Below, one piece after another: positions 40,289 to 53,280 of a stretch of 64,000 bases of DNA (its first letter is position 1; the number at the start of each line of letters is the position of its first letter). The stretch is taken from the NCBI RefSeq assembly GCF_009914755.1, contig NC_060931.1. One strand, written 5' to 3'. Under the pieces are notes generated by a model. That model saw nothing but the letters and a program-made list of their open reading frames with translations. It made no database searches and had not been told where the DNA came from. Both the position numbers and the translations under genes were made by a program. The DNA is from the human T2T-CHM13v2.0 reference genome, Homo sapiens.

Positions 40289-40604
40289 GCAGTGGTAACA
40301 CATGGAAGCCTCCTTTCTTTAAGGAACTATTACTGAGAGAGAGGCAGAAGGTTTAAAGGTTGTGTTTTTATTTATTTATTTTTACTTTTCTCTCATGAAA
40401 TAAGAAACTGGAACATGTTTATTTGCTGAGGCTAAAAGGAACTGGCAATGGAGAAGGGACGTGGGAAGGAACAAATCAGAGAAGATAGATGCCAAAACAA
40501 AGACAGACAGAGGCTGAAGAAAAGGAGGCTCAGATGGGATTATTGTAGACAGTTTACTGAATACAGGCCTTCAAAACTGGGGGGCTTCCACCCAGGAAGT
40601 GAAA

Positions 40605-41305
40605 CCATATGACCCAGCAATCCCTCTTCTGGTTATACACCCAAAAGGAAGTGAAATCAGCACCTTGTAGAAATATCCGCACGCCAATGTTCGTTGCAGC
40701 ACTATTCACAATAGCCAAGATATGAAAGCAACCTAAGTGTCCCTCAAGGGATGAATGGATAAAGAAAATGCATAATATATACAAAAGAGAATACTGTTCA
40801 GCCTTTAAAAAAAAAAAGAAAATTCTGCAATTTGTGACAAAATGGACAAACCTGGAAGACATTATGCTAAGTGAAATAAGCCAGGCACAGAAAGACAAAT
40901 ACTGTATGTTCTCACTTATGTGTGGAATTAAAAAAAAAAAAAAAAGTCAAGCCCATAGAAAAAGATAGTACAACAGTGGTTATCAGGGACAAGGAGGGGA
41001 TGGGGAATGGAGAAATGCACGTCAATGGGTACAAAGTTGCAGTTACATAAACAACTGAAATAAGTAAGTCTCAAGAGCTAATGTACAGCATGAGGACTAC
41101 AGCTAATAATTTTGTATTATATACTAGAAACTGGCTAAGACAGCAGATTTTAGGTGCTGTTACCACCAAAAAATAAAAAAGAAGGTAATTACGTGACATG
41201 ATGGATATGTTAATGTGCTTGACCTTAGTATATTTCACTAAATATATATGTAATATACATTTATCAAAGCATCATGTTGTATGCCTTAAATATACACAAT
41301 AAAAG
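40605..41305 (+). mobile_element. L1MA8/9-type 3' end
   Basis: ORF2 end and 3'UTR (ctaatgtacagcatgaggactacagc). Confidence 0.85.
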
Positions 41306-41519
41306 AAGGAAAGTAATGCACTTTTATTGCCTGGACAACACATTAACACATCTCCCCATTGTGGGTCATTTTTTTTTCTTTTGAAATGTTTATAACATTT
41401 ACTCACATCTTTCCATATTTCTGCCCATCCCCAAATTTAAGGAAATTAGTATGCAATACTTATCTGCCTGTAATCCCTTCTCTTTGGGGCATTAATCAGC
41501 AGTTACTAATCTGAAGATT

Positions 41520-42000
41520 TAACAAGGGAAGAACAAAGAAGCATTAAAAACACTATTTGCTGAAAATATAGAAGGGGTGCCTAAGTGTTGCTCACATCTC
41601 TTCAACCTTCAGGTGGAAATTATACTCAAGGCTGCAATGGCTGGAACCCCAAGTTCACTGAAATCTGCATCTTGAAGGAATTTTTGCACAAAACAGTTCT
41701 TTCATTTCAGAAATAAAATATTTACTAAAAAGTTGAGAAACAATGCAAGCAAATGCAGTAAATATTTGTTCTTCATGGAAGCAAGTTATTCCTTTACATA
41801 CTCCTATTGTCTCAGTGAAGTTCTGGAGGTTTATACAAATGGAATAGATTGTGGAACTACCCCTGAGAACTACTCTTAAACATGCTACGTATTCAGGATG
41901 TCAAATTAAAGGAGTCTCTGAGGCTGCCGCTTCTCTGGTCATCTTTAATTAGACAATACTCTGGTGAAACCCTCACAATTAATATTAAGAGTTGTTCTTC
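41520..42000 (-). pseudogene. Weak FN3 remnant
   Basis: LQP/EYNFHLKV around 41605-41640. Confidence 0.4.
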
Positions 42001-43379
42001 TTCTACAGTAAGTGGAAGGGGAATTATGTAGTGGCTTGTTCTTTGTTATAATTTTATTGAGAGGGTTGTGGAGGAAGGATTGGAATATAATAGAATTGTT
42101 CTATTTTCTACCATTTACAGAAAACTAGATGAATCACAAAATTGAAGAAAAAATGATGCTTATCTTTTAAATATGTATTTTATAAATATTTAACTTATAT
42201 TAAAATTACTTTCCACATATTACAAAATGCTCTAGGCATATCAGTGCATGTGTGCTACTCATTAAATGTTACTATGTCTTTCTACCACAGAGATTTATTT
42301 AGGAGGGAGATTGTCATGTTATTTCCTATACCTGGAATGACTCACACTTCTGTGCCTGTTAACATTTTATCCATCTGATACAATCTAGACCGTGAAACCT
42401 TTCCTAATCAAGCTATTTTTTCATAAATTTAACAACTGTCATAAATGAATTGTCTGTCATGAATGAATGAAGCAACAAAACAATGAATGACTCAGTGTGG
42501 GTTGGTTCTAAGAGTTGCATACCTTCGTAACCCCAATAGAGCTTGTTGGGGTGCCTGGAATATTAACAAGCCAAAAAAATACTTACTTTATTATTAATTA
42601 TGTAGGCAATGCATAAATTGAAATACATTTATATTTCTCTCAAGAAATTCTCTCTAAATTATATTAGCTTCTGAGGAGAAAGTGTCTTTCTAGCAACCTG
42701 GCTTTTAAAACCATCATAGGCACTTTCTCTGTAAAGGTAAATAAACTTTCTTTGGAATGTGGTGAAAGAAGCTGTTAGATAATTTCTGAATGTCTGGTTT
42801 TATAATAAGGAGGGTCACTGTCCTCAAAGTTTAGCAATCACTAGACCCTGAGGGACTTTTATCTAATCTTAACCCTGCACCTGACTGCCAGGCAGAGCTA
42901 ATCACTTAACCTCCCAGTGAATTAATGGGTTCATCTGTAAAACACGATTGCCATCAAAGGCATGAAAGGAAAAGACTAATGATAGACGGAATGAGGTTAG
43001 ATTTAAAGATTCAACAAAGCCATCAAAATTCACAGCAAAGCCATTTTCCATTATTTCCCTCAATTGTAACTATACTGCTTTTATAAGAAGTGAATTCGAC
43101 AAAAATAAGTTTATAAGAGTTCTGTTGTGCTAGTTTTTATCTGCTGGACTGATGCAGTATGTAAGAAAATTCTCTTGCTTTCAAAAATGTAAAATTTAAA
43201 GCACATTGAAAATTCATGATATTTCATGAGATGCCTAAGGATTTGAGACTCTGACAGACAAAAAAATCCCCTGTGATTTTGATAAGACTGCTAAATAAAA
43301 AAGCAGTTCATACATTATTTTTATCACCTTCCTCTTCTATTTCCTCTTTCATTTTTCTATTACATTTTGATTTTGACTT

Positions 43380-43935
43380 TTATGTTTCTGCATCTTTACT
43401 TTTCTCCACCCCTGGAGCAATGGGAAGTATTTTTTTGCAGGCTACAAGGTACCATTTTCAGTGTCTGATGAAGTTCTCCCTTTGGTGTGTGTCAAACAAT
43501 CATTTCCAGCCTCCAGATAAAGAGACAGAGTGGCCCAGAAATGCCCTAAGCCCACTAGAGGCATGCTTGCCTAAGCTGGCTGCATCTCTCCAGTTGCAAT
43601 GCACATTTTTTGGGACAATAATAAATACTGGCTCAAAAGAGAATGATGGAAAGTACATTTTTAGGAGATATGAGATCTAGGTCTATTGATGGATAAACTG
43701 ATTTTTTTCCAGTCACTATAACATCTGTTCAGAGTAAGTAAGCATCACTGCACAGGGAGATGGAGGATGTTAACTGATATTGGGACTACAATTAGATAGA
43801 AGAAAACCAGAACCAAGGCACACACACTGTTCAGATAGTTCATAGGGTTATTTTAATCACTGATTCAACTTTACAGAATGAAGTTTCTCCATTCAATTTC
43901 ACATCAGTAACTGCAGGTTGTATTATGTCTAAGAT
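43380..43935 (-). pseudogene. FN3 remnants (about 2 repeats)
   Basis: QPAVTDVKLNGETSFCKVE; VPKNVHCNWRDAASL..FLGHSVSL..LK/GTL*. Confidence 0.5.
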
Positions 43936-44228
43936 TGGTATAGAACAACAGCAATTTCACAATATCTAGACAATGAATGAATATTAAAAATCTATTTCAT
44001 TAAAAAGCTCTTTCAGATACTGGTATCTGAAAGAAACCATGTTGGACGCAAAATATATCAAGAAATCAAGAACTCAATATAATGAAAATAAGGCTGAAGA
44101 CTGCAACAGATTTGAATACAGCATGCCTCTATATTCTAGTTATTAATGATTGATTTTTAAGAAAACCTGTTTCAGTGAAAAGGGCAAGTAATCTTTTTTA
44201 ATCTCACTTTAAAATATTTCCTAGAACT

Positions 44229-44295
44229 TTCTCATTCATTAGCTCACTTGATTCTCAAAACAATGATTCTCATTCATTAGCTCACTTGATTCTCA
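44229..44295. repeat. 29-bp direct repeat with 9-bp spacer
   Basis: ttctcattcattagctcacttgattctca at 44229-44257 and 44267-44295. Confidence 0.9.
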
Positions 44296-45289
44296 TATTC
44301 TCATAATCCTAAAATAAATGTTATTATAATCTGTATTTTAAAGTTTAATATTTTGAAAGAAATAAATTACATAATTTGATGAGGGTGATAAATTGGGACT
44401 CCAGTCCCAATTTAGTTCACCCTGAGCAGGTCCATTCTCACATCAACCTGTTACACCATTTAAAGAAATAAAAAATGTCCATTACATATATTTTTAAGTT
44501 ACATTCAGTCAAACAAGCAGTTACCTTAGCACTCAGATGTGTAAAAACCAGTGCAACAAAATTTCAGTTTTTAACAAGTCATCTGAAACAACAGAGGACA
44601 TAATTTTGTCCTGTTCCCAAGATACTTTGTGTTTATGTTCCTAAATCCTAAATTCCTAAAATTGCATCCTGATAAAGAACAGTAAATTTGTTTCTCTACT
44701 ATATTTACCATATTGCCTCATTACTTGATCCCTCCTTCCTTCCCTCCCTCTCCCCTTCTCTTCCATTCCTTCTTTTCTTCCTTCCTTCTTTTAATAAATG
44801 TATATATATATGTGTGTATATATATATAACCAATAATTACCAAGCACTTACAGTACACTGGGCAGAGTGCTAGGCTCTTCACTGAAAACACTTCAAAGTA
44901 TAATAAGAGAAACAGGAAGCAATGAAATGAGTCAGCTAGTTTTGGAATCAGGTTAGTCACAGTTGATCTCAGCTGCAGGCCCGGAAGGTTGGGGGTGGGC
45001 TGCCTTGTATTGCAAACACATGCATCACATCACACAGACATCCTGCACGCTGGAGCACAGTAGCCTGTCAGTTCCCACTGCTGAGTCATTTACAGCTTTT
45101 ATCGTAGTTAATGCCAATGATTATATATGTTAAAAGTACTTATTAATCCTTGTACCAAATATAGAAGAGGGCTCAGACGCTTCTTATCTCATGGTTCTTA
45201 AATCTAACCATGCGCCATACTCACTGGTAGTTTTACAAGGAATGGATTCTTGAGCTCCTCTAAAGAAATCAGTAGCTCCAAGAGAGATG

Positions 45290-45530
45290 TTTTTAAAAAT
45301 CTGTTTCTAGTAAACTCTCCCAGTGATTGCTGAGTAACCTACTTAAAATGACATTGGAAAACCATACACTAGAACCCTGCTTTTGATTTTTGTTACAAGA
45401 TCTAGAATCAAGTTCAAATAGTCTAGATAGTAAAATATTGTGAGAATTTTTTTTTAGTTTTAGAAATCCTACAAGAAGTATAAAACTATTGTTATAGTCC
45501 ATGCAACCAAAATTCTTACCCAACTACTGG
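45290..45530 (-). pseudogene. Weak FN3 remnant
   Basis: ORF 45293..45523 KNFGCMDYNNSFILL...SSVWFSNVILSR. Confidence 0.4.
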
Positions 45531-46062
45531 AAAATGAAGGAGTAAAAAGAGTTGGCCAGGGTAGAGACATCTGGATCCCTCTTCGGCAACCTAAGAAGAT
45601 AAGTCTGTCAGAGAATAGTGATTATAATGAGTTAATGACTATATGCCTGGTTTGCTTTAGACAGCCCCATGTCATGCCTTCTGTCTTAGTATAATTATTA
45701 ATCATGCTACCCATTTCTTTCTCCGAAGTGTCCCTATTTGAACAACAAGTTATTTGGTCACCCCAACTAAAAGGGAATCTTGTCAGAGACCAATGAGTGT
45801 CGTTTAGTGAATATAGAAATAATAAGCAGGCTCTATTTATTCATTTATTCAACTCAATTCAGCAACACATTTGTGCTAGCATTCGCACATGCCAAGTCCT
45901 GCATAAGTGAGGAAAGCCCCTTGCCTTGTGGAGCTTACAGTCCAGCAGTGGAAGACTCACACAGTATACAAATGAAAAACAAATTAAAAAGGATAGAGAT
46001 TACAATAACTGCTATTATGGGAATAAAGAGGATGATATAATAGGATTTCATGGGATGGACAG

Positions 46063-46628
46063 GTGTAATGAGGGGAGGCCTTCTGGCAGACCATCATCTG
46101 TTTCAACCTCATTTTGCATACCTTCTTGTACTCCAGAAACTGGAAAGCTAAAAGCTATGTTTCATATCCTCCTCCGCAGCTAGGGATCTGGATTTAGACA
46201 CAGACAACCAGATATACTCATGCGAAGCACTGATTCAGAACTAAACTGTAGAAGGACGACGCAGTGGCAGAGAAGGTGTCTACTTCACTGGCACAGAAGT
46301 CCAGTCTCCTTATTGTCAGACAGCACATAAGATGTGTTCCTGAAGGTAATGGTTCTGACCCCACTTCCTGATCCCCTACTCATGGTTATAGTAGTACAAC
46401 CCTGAAGCCAGCAGTTGGGACAGCAGTCTTCTAACTCCCCAGCTTCCTGATGAGGCAGATGTAGAGGGCCAGTTCTGTGGTGGTGTTCTTGGAGTCTGGA
46501 ATAGTTCCACATCAAGAGCTATTCCCAAGACCTTCTAAAAAATTGTAAGCACTAACTTACCATGTTAAGTTCCCTTCTGATTAAAATGGAGTGGTTTCTG
46601 TTATCTGTCACAGAATGCTAAGTGATAA
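46063..46628 (+). mobile_element. LTR33-like ERVL solo LTR inside an L2
   Basis: ggaaagctaaaagctatgtttc..gcagctaggg; 3' cccttctgattaaa..gtggtttctgtt; L2 flanks 45830-46060 and 46630-47060. Confidence 0.65.
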
Positions 46629-47327
46629 AGACCTAAAGAATGAAAAGGAGTCATGTGGCAAATAAGGGGAAGAGAATTCCAGACCGAGAAAATAGCAAGC
46701 GTACAGGGTCAAGGCTGGGAAAAGACTTGGCACGTTCAAGCCACAAGAATAAAGTCACTGTTGCTGGAGGAATGAAGAGGTGGGAATGCGGAAAATGAGA
46801 CACTGTGGGAGTCTGATTAGGGCCATGTCAGTGAGAGACAAGTTCAGATTTTTCCTAGTATATTGGGAATTCATTGAGGAGTTTCAATCAGGCATGATCT
46901 AGTTTTAAGAATATTAGACTAGATGCCTTGCAGAAAAGGAATTAAAGCAGGAAGATTAGTATAGGACTATGTCAGTAGTACTAGCAGGGGTGAGGAAAAG
47001 GAGGAATTAAATTCTTGGCTTTCAGCTAGATCAGAAGGTAGATGTGCTGTAATTCATTAAAACAGAGACGAATAGGATAGAATAAACATATGTTTGAAGC
47101 ATCAAGAGTTTGTTTTCGTTTTGTTTTTGGGTATCTTTGGTTGCACAAGTCAAAGTTGAGATGCAAACCAGACAAAAGACTTTGACAAGGAGAGTTTTAT
47201 AAATAAGAATCTGCAAAGGAACAGTCAGTTTTCCATGGAAATCCTCATCTAAACCAGGTCCTAGGGTCAAGACGTTTTAACATAAGAGTCAGAAACAAAA
47301 CCTCAGAGCACAGTGCATCCAAGCACC

Positions 47328-47624
47328 TTTTTCGTTTTTTATACGAGGTCTCGTCTTTATCACTCAGGCTGAAGTGCAGTGGTATGATCACAGCTCACTG
47401 CAGCCTCAAACTCCTGGCCTTGAGCGACCCTCTTGCCTCAATCTTTCAAGTGTCTAGGACTACAGGTGTGCTCTGCCATACCTGGCTAATTTTTAAAATT
47501 TTTTTCTTGAGACAGAGTCTTGCTATGTTGCCCAGTCTGGTCTCAAACTCTTGGGCTCAAGCAATCCTCCAGCCTTGGCCCCCCAGCGTGCTGAGATTAT
47601 AGGCTTAAGCCACCACACCTGGCC
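47328..47624 (-). mobile_element. AluJ
   Basis: Diverged antisense Alu; TSD aagcacct. Confidence 0.9.
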
Positions 47625-47861
47625 ACCAAAGCACCTCTTTCTTATGTTGGCTGTTACCAAAGCCTATCAGACATTCCCTCTATTAACCCTACAACCACAG
47701 ACCCTGTCCTTACCTGCAAATTCACGAACACTTCCTCAGGCCCAGGAAGAACTGGACGACTTCTGTCTACCTATACTACCAGCAAATGATTAAGTCAGAC
47801 TGTCAGGACGTCTACAACCCTCTTATTATATGTTTCCTATATTCTTTCAACTCTGATCAGT

Positions 47862-48941
47862 TGTTGGGGGAAGTCAGGGACCCCGAATGGAGGGACTGGT
47901 TGAAGCCATGGCAGAAGAATGTGAATTGTGAAGATTTCATGGACATTTATTAGTTCCCCAAATTAATACTTTTATAATTTCTTATGCCTGTCTTTACTGC
48001 AATCTCTAAACATAAATTGTGAAGATTTCATGGACACTTATCACTTCCCCAATCAATATCCTTGTGATTTCCTATGCCTGTCTTTACTTTAATCTCTTAA
48101 TCCCATCATTTTCATAAATTGAGGAGGATGTATGTCACCTCAGTACCCTGTGATGATTGTGTTAACTGCACAAATTGTAGAGCATGTGTGTTTGAACAAT
48201 ATGAAATCTGGGCACCTCGATAAAAGAACAGGATAACAGCAATGTTCAGGGAATAAAAGAGATAACCTTAAACTCTGACCACCAGTGAGCCGGGCGGAAC
48301 AGAGCCCTATTTCTCTTCTTTCAAAAGCAAATGGGAGAAATATCACTGAATTCTTTTTCTCAGCAAGGAACATCCCTGAGAAAGAGAATGCGCCCCTGAG
48401 GATAGGTCTCTGAAATGGACCCTTGGGTCTGGCTGTCTTCTATGGTCGAGCTGTAGGGATGAAATAAGCCCCAGTCTCCCATAGCACTCCCAGGCTTATT
48501 AGGAAGAGGAAATTCCCGCCCAATAAATTTTTAACAGACTGGTTGCTCTCAAACCCTGTCTCCTGATAAGATGTTATCAATGACAATGGTGCCCGAAACT
48601 TCATTAGCAATTTTAATTTCACCCCGTCCTGTCCTGTGGTCCTGTGATCTCGCCCTGCCTCCATTTGCCTTGTGATAGTCTATTACCTTGTGAAGTACGT
48701 GATCTCTGTGACCCACACCCTATTTGTACGCTCCCTCCCCTTTTGAAAATCCCTAATAAAAACTTGCTGGTTTTGCAGCTTGAGGGGCATCACGGAACCT
48801 ACTGACATGTGATGTCTCCCCTGGACGCCCAGCTTTAAAATTTCTCTCTTTTGTACTCTGTCCCTTTATTTCTCAATCCGGCCGATGCTTAGGGAAAATA
48901 GAAAAGAACCTACATGACTATCGGGGGCAGGTTCCCCAATA
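47862..48941 (+). mobile_element. MER11 (HML-8/HERVK11) solo LTR
   Basis: TGTTGGGGGAAGTCAGGGACCCCG start, internal tandem repeat, AATAAA, perfect 6-bp TSD ATCAGT. Confidence 0.93.
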
Positions 48942-49958
48942 ATCAGTAGCCCTGAGACTATAAGTTGAAGTCTGCTTACTTTGCTATAATTACTATCTGG
49001 AAAGCTGACTTGCTATTCTTATAAATATAATCCTAGCATTGCAGGATACCATGGGCCATCTTGCCAATCTCCTTGCTGCACAAACTTGCTAAGCCCATTA
49101 CATATGCAAGTTTTATCATTATAATCATAATCATCAATACCATTGTGGCTGAGGTTGATGTTATGATTGCCATACATTGAAAAGTAGCTATGTAAGTCAC
49201 TAAACAAACATTTTATCTCCACTTAAATATATTTGTTTGTCTGAAATAATTACAGAGAGAATATACATAGATCTATGTGTGGACAAGCCTATCTGTGTAC
49301 GTGTGTGTACATATATTTGTGCACAGGCCTAAACAAATATATATGTATGGACGTATATGAAACTAATATGTAATCAGTTAAAAAGTTAGGTTAATATACA
49401 TAGGTTAACATGTATGTATATTAAACTAACAGGTTATCATGAATGTGTTATTTGAACTCATAGTCATTAAGAGATGTAAAACTGTTAAGATTTTTCACTG
49501 TTGGAAAACATTGGAGAGCCTCAAAATATTTAAACATCTAATCTTTAAGTTGAAATGATTCACACTAAAAGAAAATAAAAATATCTGAGCATATTTATTC
49601 AGGAGCAGCAGTAAATTAAGAAACCAAGAGTTTTTTTAATGAGTTTTCACTATATTAATTTCAAGCTATTTATTATGTTATGGGCTGTCTGGTTTGTTAA
49701 AGCCTAATTAATGTAAGTAAAGAAGACCCAAGTAATCATTAAATATATCACTATGAAATGAATTTTAGATAAAAGTACCATTACTTTAAGAGAGGAAAGA
49801 ACACATAATTGCCATGGTTGATATTAATTTTAATGTCATGGAAAATTTATTTAGTAGGAAGATGCTTGCAAGTAACATCTGAATTTTTCTCTTTGTTTCA
49901 ATATCCATGTAAACCTGAGAGAAATTGCCTAGTAGATTTTAAAAATCTATAGTATAGG

Positions 49959-50449
49959 TGTTTTAATCAGGGGTCTCCAGAGAAACAGAACCAATAAGCC
50001 AATTCCTTATAATAAATACAATTTGATATAAAGAATGGCTCACATTATTATGGTGACTGACAAATCCCAAGGTCTACAGGGTGAGTTGGCCAGCTGGAGA
50101 CCCAGGAGTGCTAATGGTCTAGTTCCTGTCCAAAGGTCAGTAAGTTTGAGTCTCAGGAAGAGCTTATTTTTCAGTTCAAATCAGAAGGCAGAGAAAAGCC
50201 AATGTCCCAGTTTGAAGTCAGTAAGGTGGGGGGAAATCTTTCCTTGGAGAAGGTCAGCCATTTTGTCTTATTCAGGCTGTCAACCGTATGAATGAGGCCC
50301 ATAACATTAGGAAGAGTAGTCTGCCTTACTCAGTCTACCAATTTAAAGGTAAATCTCAACCTAAAACACCCTCATAGAAATGCTGAGAATGATGTTTAAC
50401 CTGGGCACTTTGTGGTCCAGTCAAGTTAACACATAAAATGATCACCACA
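49959..50449 (-). mobile_element. MLT2 (ERVL) solo LTR
   Basis: tctccagagaaacagaaccaata..ccagtcaagttaacacataaaat; 5-bp TSD atagg/ttagg. Confidence 0.85.
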
Positions 50450-50784
50450 TTAGGTCAACTCTCAGAATGCAGAATGTTTTGCCTTTACTAATAATTCATG
50501 CTAAAGGAAAAAGTGAACATGAGTAGTTACAGCCACAGATAATATAAGATACTGTAAGTCTGGTTTCAAAAAGCATTATGTGAATTCTTCACATGTTATT
50601 TTCAATGGTCCTCCTTATTCAATAGTTTTAATATATACCTGGTATCTGCCATGTCTACCACAAAGGTAGACAAAATGCTCACTGGGGTCCTAGTCCTTTT
50701 TACCTCATGCCTACCTGGCCACCTTATAGCTGCTCTCTCTTCAAGACAATCTACTTTCTACATATTTACTACATAAATATTCCT

Positions 50785-50913
50785 GGCTGGGTATCGCAGC
50801 TCATGCCTGTAATCCTAGCAATTTGAGAGGGAAAGGTGGGCAGATCGCTTGAGTCCAGGAATTCAAGACTAGCCTGGGCAACATGGCAAAACCCTATCTC
50901 TATTTTTTTTTAA
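50785..50913 (+). mobile_element. FLAM (Alu left monomer)
   Basis: Single left arm only. Confidence 0.8.
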
Positions 50914-51349
50914 ATGTCTAATGAAAAAAGAAATCCTAAAACACTGTTATTATTACAATGCTCCCCTGGCTCAGGAACCTACCATGGCTCACCAGAGAAA
51001 CAAAGGTAGATTAACTTTCACCTCCACAAAAAGACTATAGCTATTATTGTGTACAAGTATTTTTTTTTAAATAAGGCTAAAGTTTCTACACTGACTTTCA
51101 GAATTTCAGAGAGGAGTCCAAGTTGTAAGCCAGCTGGAAACAAGATGACTACTATAATGGCATGAGAGTGTTCATTAAGCAAATTGTATCTTGCCTTAAG
51201 GTATGTATGTGGGGAAGGGGGTGTATAGTATTAGACAATGCTTCATTTAACTAGACTTTCTTTTCTTCATCAGATTTGTTTACTTCTCCTATACTCTAGG
51301 TCTACGCTAGGCTCTAGAGTTTCAACGCATTAAAGGTACAGCCCCCTGA

Positions 51350-52870
51350 TGGAACTAAATAGAGAACCCAGAAATAAACCCATTCATATATGGTCAACTG
51401 ATACTCAACAATAAGGAAAGAAAGTCTCTTTTATAAATTACATTTGAAACACTATCTACATGAGAAAGACATTTGCCCTTTATCTTACACCATACACAAA
51501 AATCAACTCAAAATGGATTGAAGATCTAAATGTAAGACTTGAAACCATTAAAAGCCTAGGAAAAAAACATGGAGAAAATCTCCTTGACATTGGTCTTGAC
51601 AATGGTTTTTTGGCTAGAACACCAAGAGCACAGGCAAGAAGAGCAAACAATACCAAGTGGGACTGTATCAAACTAAAAAGCTTCTACACAGCAAAGGAAA
51701 GAGTCAACAAAATGAAAAGGCAACATGTAATGAGAGAAAACATCTGCAAACCACATATCTAATATTCAAATTATATGAGAAATTCATACAACTAAATAGT
51801 AAGAAAATGAAGAATCCAATTAAAAAATGGACAAAAGACCTGAATAGGCATTTCCAAAAGAAGATATACAGATGTTCAATAGGTATATGAAAAAATGTTC
51901 AACATCACTAATCCTCAGAGAAATACAAATTAAAATCATAATGAGGTATCACTACACACCTTTTAGAATATCTATTATCAAAAATGAAAGATAAATGCTG
52001 TCAGAAATGTGGAAAAATGAAACTTTTGTACATAGTTCGTGGGAATGTAAATTAGTGTAACCATTACAGAAAACAGTAGGGAGGTTTCTCAAAAAATTAA
52101 AAATAGAACTACCATATGATCCAACAAATCACTACTAGGTGTATTTCCAAAGGAATGAAATCAGTTTATTAAATAGATATCTGCACTGTCATGTTCATTG
52201 CAGCATTATTCACAATAGTGAAGATATGGAATCAGCCTAAGTGTCTGTCAATGGATGAAATGGATGAAGAAAATGTGATATGTATATATCTATATATATG
52301 ATTCTATATATATAAAATATCATATATAGATTATATATCACATAGAGAGAGCTCCATATATATATATGGAGGCTGAATAGTACATACAGTAGAGTACTAT
52401 TCTAAGGAAATTCTGTCATTTGCAATAACATGGATGAACATGGAGGACATTAAGTGAAATAAGGCAGGCACAAAAAAAATACCTCATAAACTCAGTTATA
52501 TGTGGAATCTACAAGAGTTGAACTCATGGAGGTAGAGAGTACAATGGTGGTTACACCAGGGGCTGGAATACTTGGGAAACGAAGGATGTGGGGAGCAGTT
52601 GGGGAGATGTTGGTGAGGGGATTCAAAATTTTAGACAGGAAGATTAAATTTTAAGATGTTTATTGTAAAACATGGTGATATAGTTAATAAAATGTATTCT
52701 ACCCTTGAAAACTCCATAAAAAGTAGAATTTGTGTTCTCACTGCAAAATATGTGAAGTAATGCATATGTTAATTAGCTCAATTTAACCATTCCATGATGT
52801 ATGTGTATTACAAACAATATGTTATACAAAATAAATATATAAAATTTTTTGTCAAATAAAAAGTTTTGAA
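51350..52870 (+). mobile_element. L1MA5-7-type 3' portion
   Basis: ORF2 C-terminus (YLTPYTKINSKWIEDLNVR) and 3'UTR. Confidence 0.88.
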
Positions 52871-53040
52871 AAAACAAGGAAAGGCTCTGAATAGACGTAT
52901 TTCCAAAGAAAATAGACAAATGTCTAACAGGTACATGAAAAGATGCTCAACATTAATAATCATTAGAGAAATGCAAATTAAAACTGCAATGAAATATCAC
53001 CTCACACCTATTAAGATAGCTGCTATGAAAAAGACAAGAA

Positions 53041-53280
53041 GCTAGGTGAGTAGCTCATGCCTGTAATCCCAGCTATGCAGAAGGCTGAAGTGGGAGGATT
53101 GTGTCAGCCCAGGAGTTTCAGACCAGCCTAGGCAATATAGCAAGATCTCATCTCTGTTTAAGAAAAAAGAAAAAGAAGAAAAAGAAGAGGAGGAGGAGGA
53201 GGAGGAAGAAGAGGAAGAAGAGGACGAAAAAGAGGAAGAGGAAGAAGAAGAAGGAGGAGGGAGGAGGAGGAGAAATAATA
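53041..53280 (+). mobile_element. FLAM with expanded (GAA/GGA)n tail
   Basis: Alu monomer, then purine triplet repeat 53160-53272. Confidence 0.8.

Noticed and set aside
43820-43935. SRCR-like DVKLNGETSFC..TVC
   Set aside because: Lacks GRVEV and the later cysteines; context favours an FN3 A-strand.
47925-48090. Repeat-spacer (CRISPR-like) pattern
   Set aside because: Normal internal tandem repeat of the MER11 LTR; eukaryotic context and no array anywhere in the window.
49019-49222. LRR-like (NINLSHNGI, minus) or channel S1-like ([12 protein letters not shown], plus) peptide
   Set aside because: Produced by low-complexity ATC/ATT repeats; isolated and stop-bounded.
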